Below, in pieces: positions 59,910 to 64,000 of a stretch of 64,000 nucleotides of DNA (position 1 is the stretch's first letter; every line of letters starts with the position of its first letter). Origin of the DNA: Candidatus Latescibacterota bacterium. Lineage in GTDB: Bacteria; Latescibacterota; UBA2968; UBA8231. Position numbers and translations under genes: made by a program. The DNA lies in NCBI GenBank assembly GCA_965206595.1, contig OZ242214.1, positions 3,136,001 to 3,200,000 on the forward strand, read 5' to 3'. Under the pieces are notes generated by a model that was given only the letters and a program-made list of their open reading frames with translations, made no database searches and was not told the origin of the DNA.

Positions 59910-61475
59910 ATGCCTCTCGGGTTGAGCGACAATAACCGCAGAGTAATTCCCACATGGAGGCCGAGCACTGTTTCAATGAAATTCGGGGAATCAGCACCTG
60001 TTTCCGGTTTGGAGGCAAGAGGCTTTCCAAGCGATGAATCATTAAGGGAAGCCAAACAGGACTGGATCGACAGTCCCACAGTCCCTTTCGCAGCTGGTCT
60101 GGTCATGGCGGCGCTATGCGCGGGGAAGGAAAATGAGGCATCGGATGCCGCAAAGTTACTTCTGGAGACAAAAGAGAGAGTTTCACCTCTGCTCCTCAGA
60201 TGTGCTCATCGGATTCTCGGCTCTGGTGAACCGGAAGCGCAGAGTTCAGAGGAGATCCCCAGTGCGCTCAGAGACTATCGTAGACGTCTGCGAGTTGGCC
60301 CAAACAATCCGTTCATATGGCTGGATCTTGCTCTAGAGTACAGCACCATTGGTAAGTTAAAGAGTGCGGAGAGGGCGATCGTTGTAGCTACCTCTTTGGC
60401 CGGCAGCAACCGTATCGTACTTCGCTCGGCCAGCAGATTTTTTCTCCACTGCGGGCGTAATGACCGGGCTCATTCTCTTCTGGTTACGGCGAAGGAACTC
60501 CAGAACGATCCTTGGCTACTATCCGCAGAAATTGCCGTTGGGGAACTAATGGGACAAACTTCCAGATATATTCGAATAGGGAGAGAAATGCTTGCTTCAG
60601 GGAAGCACTCCCCAAGGCAGCTTTCCGAACTGGCAAGCGCAATCGGGACATTGGAGCTTTCAGCTGGGAAAATCCGGCACTCCAAGCGACTCCTGACGGG
60701 ATCCCTCAAGGATCCTACCGATAACTCAGTTGCCCAGGCAATTTGGGCCCAAAGTGTTACCCCAGAATTAGGGCTGGGTCCGTCTTACTCTTCGGTACCT
60801 TACTCGTTCGAGGCTAGAGCATGGGACAACGCCATTGAAGGCAAATGGGAGGTAGCAATGACAGCCGCCCGAGATTGGCAAAATTACGAGCCAACCTCTG
60901 GACGTGCAGCAGTGTTCGGCTCTTGGATGGCAGCTGCAATGATCCGAGACTACGACGACGCCATCAAGATAGCAAAGCAGGGCCTTCTCGCCGATCCCAA
61001 AAAAATCGTTCTCGCAAACAACCTTGCCTTCGCGCTCGCCTGCAGCGGCCAACTAGACGCAGCAAGGAGGGTCCTTCAGAAGTGGCCGATTGCGAACCTG
61101 GCCGAAGAGCACAAGCCAATTATCCTCGCCACGAACGGCTTGTTAGCCTTTCGAGAAGGAGACAGGAACTCCGGAAGGGAGCTCTATCGTAGAGCCCGGG
61201 AGCTTGCGATCAATCAAAAGGAAAGAGGCAAATCAGTTTGGGCCGGACTTTATCATGCTAGAGAGGAGTACAGGATAGGCAACCATTTCGACGCAGATGG
61301 TCTAGTGAGGCGTGCCATCGGCGGAATTCCAAAAATACCTAAGAAGGACATCCCTGTCACAATTCGAATACTCGGGGAGGTCCTTGCTGTTGGGGGACGC
61401 GATGTGTCTGAAGTAATGCCGAAAAAAAAGAATCGTGGCCAAAGATTCGACACAATCAGAGAGAAATTCCCCTAA
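59910..61475 (+). CDS. TPR-repeat protein
   Basis: Helical repeats (PNNPFIWLDLALEY, ADP..IVLANNLAFALA); starts 1 bp after the kinase stop. Confidence 0.8.
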   Translation: MPLGLSDNNRRVIPTWRPSTVSMKFGESAPVSGLEARGFPSDESLREAKQDWIDSPTVPFAAGLVMAALCAGKENEASDAAKLLLETKERVSPLLLRCAHRILGSGEPEAQSSEEIPSALRDYRRRLRVGPNNPFIWLDLALEYSTIGKLKSAERAIVVATSLAGSNRIVLRSASRFFLHCGRNDRAHSLLVTAKELQNDPWLLSAEIAVGELMGQTSRYIRIGREMLASGKHSPRQLSELASAIGTLELSAGKIRHSKRLLTGSLKDPTDNSVAQAIWAQSVTPELGLGPSYSSVPYSFEARAWDNAIEGKWEVAMTAARDWQNYEPTSGRAAVFGSWMAAAMIRDYDDAIKIAKQGLLADPKKIVLANNLAFALACSGQLDAARRVLQKWPIANLAEEHKPIILATNGLLAFREGDRNSGRELYRRARELAINQKERGKSVWAGLYHAREEYRIGNHFDADGLVRRAIGGIPKIPKKDIPVTIRILGEVLAVGGRDVSEVMPKKKNRGQRFDTIREKFP

Positions 61476-61802
61476 CAGCTATAATGACAAAAAAATGACA
61501 CGGTCCTCAATTCCTGTCCTACTGGAGTTCCCGGATGTAAAATGTAACTAACCCGGATGCCAAGTGCTTTTGTGGGAGTCAAACCCTCCCAGGCGAACCA
61601 GCCGGGTTTGCACGGCCCCTTGCCAGCCATATAGCGAATGACCCGACCACGCTATGCGAAATCTGCGTTTTTTCGCCTAGCTATGCCGACTCGACGGTGG
61701 TCCAGCTCACGTTTGTGAAACTCAAAAAAATCTGAAGGCGTATCTGTTGCCAGACTGTGGGTACGGTGAATACGTGTGTCGTCTATCATGGCCATATATT
61801 AA

Positions 61803-61878
61803 ATAAGTCCAAAAAATCCTGCCATTTTCTAACACAACGCTTGATGAAAGTTAGCGGATCAGATGGGATCCTCTTCAC
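61803..61878 (-). pseudogene. Possible 5' stub of a DUF4258-like toxin gene
   Basis: GTG-KRIPSDPLTFIKRCVR, then frameshifted GRIFWTY; recognised from memory only. Confidence 0.35.
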
Positions 61879-61892
61879 CGAAACTCGACCGT

Positions 61893-63164
61893 CTACTTGA
61901 ACAGCTTGGGCCGCTTGATTTCGAGGTTGGCGCGATTAAGGGCCGGATCGAGAGGGGACATTCCCTCCAGCCTCGCGCGCAGAGCCAATGCTTCTTCGGA
62001 TTCTCCCTTACCCTCCCTGATCAAGCACCGGTATTCATCCAAGGCTTCTGTGAAGGTATTCCCGGGCGGGCGTTCGCCTACGCGCATAACCACGGAAAGA
62101 ACGTCCCCCGCCTCGGCCCCATAGGTCGCCCCACGCGGTGCCCCGGCGACAATGCGGTCTCCATCCGGGTACAGTTCCACAATGCTCTTCGGCTCGTCCG
62201 TGGTCAGCACCTGAGGACTGTGAGTGGATACGATATACTGCGCATTCGGGAACGTCCGCCGCAGGTCGTCGAGGATGCGCTGCTGCCACCCCGGATGCAG
62301 GTGCAGTTCCACCTCGTCGATCAGGACCACGGCCTCTGATGCAAGCGGGTCCTTCAGGTGCGGGTTACCCTGCGCCATCCGTCGCGCCAAGTCGGCCGCC
62401 AGCGCCAGCACGATGCGATAGCCCCCGCTCAGCTGGTCGAGGGAGAGCTTCTCTACCTGTTCTTGCCCTGATTTCCGGGACACCACGAAACGGGGCGGAT
62501 TCAACTCGGTGCGCGGATCGGACACTTCCGGCAGCATGGACGAGATCGCCTGGCGAACTGCGTCCAACTCCTTTAGCTGAAAATTGAAGTCGCGCCGCTC
62601 CTTCTGTTGCCGCAGTTCCTCGTCTTCCTTGGAATAGAACCAGGTGAAGAGCCCCTCGAAATCCGTGCGAGCGGAAAGCGCCCCCTCCAGGGCGGCTAAC
62701 CGGGGTACCCTGTGCTGAGAATTGCTCGGGGACAGTACTGATTGCGGCACACCTGCGACTGTGCGATCGGTACCATAAAAGGCGAAAATGGGCAAATCAT
62801 TCTGATCCGCATGGCTGATATCGACTAGCGCCTCCTCCACGGCACCCTGAAGAGCCAACCTCTCTTTCTCTTCTCGATCCGCATCTTTTCTATTTCCCTT
62901 CCACTCCGAAACGGTTCCCTCCACTGGGGCAAGCAAGACCCGCGGATCTCCCTTACCCTCGCGCCGATCCTCCTCGCAAAAATCAACGCCCGGTTCACAA
63001 GGGAACGATCGGAACAGGTCCCGCAACCCCACCGCGATCGCACTCAAAACACTCGTCTTGCCGTACCCATTGTCGCCGTGAAGCACGGTCAGCGACGGGT
63101 CGAGCTGCAGCTCGAGTTTCTCAAGCGCCCGATAGTTTTCAACCTTCACGAATTTCAGCTTCAC
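61893..63164 (-). CDS. PtuA-like ABC ATPase (Septu / retron effector family)
   Basis: GDNGYGKT, QLSGGY...L.ADLARR....NP, VLIDEVELHLHP.WQQ, STHSPQV. Confidence 0.85.
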   Translation of the reverse strand: MKLKFVKVENYRALEKLELQLDPSLTVLHGDNGYGKTSVLSAIAVGLRDLFRSFPCEPGVDFCEEDRREGKGDPRVLLAPVEGTVSEWKGNRKDADREEKERLALQGAVEEALVDISHADQNDLPIFAFYGTDRTVAGVPQSVLSPSNSQHRVPRLAALEGALSARTDFEGLFTWFYSKEDEELRQQKERRDFNFQLKELDAVRQAISSMLPEVSDPRTELNPPRFVVSRKSGQEQVEKLSLDQLSGGYRIVLALAADLARRMAQGNPHLKDPLASEAVVLIDEVELHLHPGWQQRILDDLRRTFPNAQYIVSTHSPQVLTTDEPKSIVELYPDGDRIVAGAPRGATYGAEAGDVLSVVMRVGERPPGNTFTEALDEYRCLIREGKGESEEALALRARLEGMSPLDPALNRANLEIKRPKLFK

Positions 63165-63484
63165 AGGCGCACCTCCTTTGTCTTGAATCTCGCCAGGGAC
63201 GACCCACTCCCCGTGTCCGCCCGTACGTTATGGAACGATGCCCGTCTCTTCTTCGAGTACCGGTAAACCTCCAGGACTTCCGCAACGGACTCGCCCCTTC
63301 CATCATTTTTGCAGCAGGACCGCAACCCGTGTTCCGGTCACCGAACCCCGGATGCCATGAATTATAAAGGACCATTCAGAGACCTGGTCAACCAGTCAGG
63401 CTATTGTTCATCGAGGTCATGCCATCGACTAGGATACCCAGGAACGCCACACCGGTCAGGGTGCCCGCCAGTAGCCAGCACCTC

Positions 63485-64000
63485 ATGATTCCCGCCCTGC
63501 TCATAACCGCCCTCCTGCTCGCAATGCCGGCCCCTTCCCAGCGGCTCGGCGAGATCCGGGGTGCCGTCCTCGACCGGGCTACCCAGCATCCGCTGCCCGG
63601 GGCAACAGTTGCTGTCCTCGACACCGAGCGGGGAACGGTGGCCGACGCCGAGGGCCGCTTCGCCCTGCCGCGCATGCCCGCGGGGGTGCATCGCCTGCGC
63701 GTATCGATGATCGGCTACGCCGCCATGGTGCGGACCGACGTGGTCGTGCGCCCGCGCCGGGTCACCGATGTCGAGATCGAGCTCGACGCCGAGGTGGTCG
63801 ACCTGGGGGAGGAGACCGTGGTCGTCGCCGACTACTTCTCCGATGCGGCCGGGGAGGCGGTCGGCGGGGTGAGCTTCAGCTACGAGGAGGTGCGGCGCTC
63901 GCCGGGATCGGCCGGCGACATAAGCCGCCTCCTGCAGGCCATGCCCGCGGTCAACATGAACACCGACGAGCGCAACGATCTCATCGTCCGCGGCGGCAGC
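63485..64000 (+). CDS. TonB-dependent receptor, 5' part (runs off the window)
   Basis: Signal peptide, carboxypeptidase-like domain (G.V.D..T..PL.GA.V, SMIGY), plug-type PGSAGDISR...MP.V...N.LIVRGG. Confidence 0.85.
   Translation, partial: MIPALLITALLLAMPAPSQRLGEIRGAVLDRATQHPLPGATVAVLDTERGTVADAEGRFALPRMPAGVHRLRVSMIGYAAMVRTDVVVRPRRVTDVEIELDAEVVDLGEETVVVADYFSDAAGEAVGGVSFSYEEVRRSPGSAGDISRLLQAMPAVNMNTDERNDLIVRGGS

Noticed and set aside
61476-63400. Retron (Ec78-like) or complete Septu system
   Set aside because: No reverse transcriptase, HNH gene or convincing msr/msd inverted repeats were seen.
1-64000. tRNA, rRNA, integrase or att sites bounding the islands
   Set aside because: None were recognised by eye; tRNAscan/Infernal would be needed to exclude small RNAs.

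Overview
High-GC bacterial window. The PhyH-family expansion, a WD40 protein with a FlgD-Ig tail and a C-terminal TWGxIK motif suggest a host-associated FCB/Latescibacterota-like lineage (inference only). A GC-rich catabolic core (about 12.9-48.3 kb) holds six PhyH-family dioxygenases, three Gfo/Idh/MocA oxidoreductases, two HpcH aldolases, an enolase-family dehydratase, a PQQ dehydrogenase with cytochrome c, and secreted proteins. Two defence islands bracket it. Left island (1-12.85 kb): type IIG R-M, type I CBASS (CdnE-like + Cap15-like), an IS91-like remnant, a DSR1-like sirtuin split by one amber codon, a TA pair and an hsdR stub. Right island (48.3-63.2 kb): PLD-SNF2 helicase, higBA, Eco57I-like methyltransferase, a duplicate of that methyltransferase's N-terminal domain joined across an A8 run to an RpoD-like sigma factor, Phd/VapC, an XRE-kinase-TPR operon with a clear promoter and operator, and an orphan PtuA-like ATPase. 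A small HEPN/MNT and ATPase/DUF4276 islet lies at 30.6-34.3 kb. Many genes carry single lesions or tandem duplications. No rRNA, tRNA or CRISPR array was recognised. All family calls come from motif recognition, not database searches.
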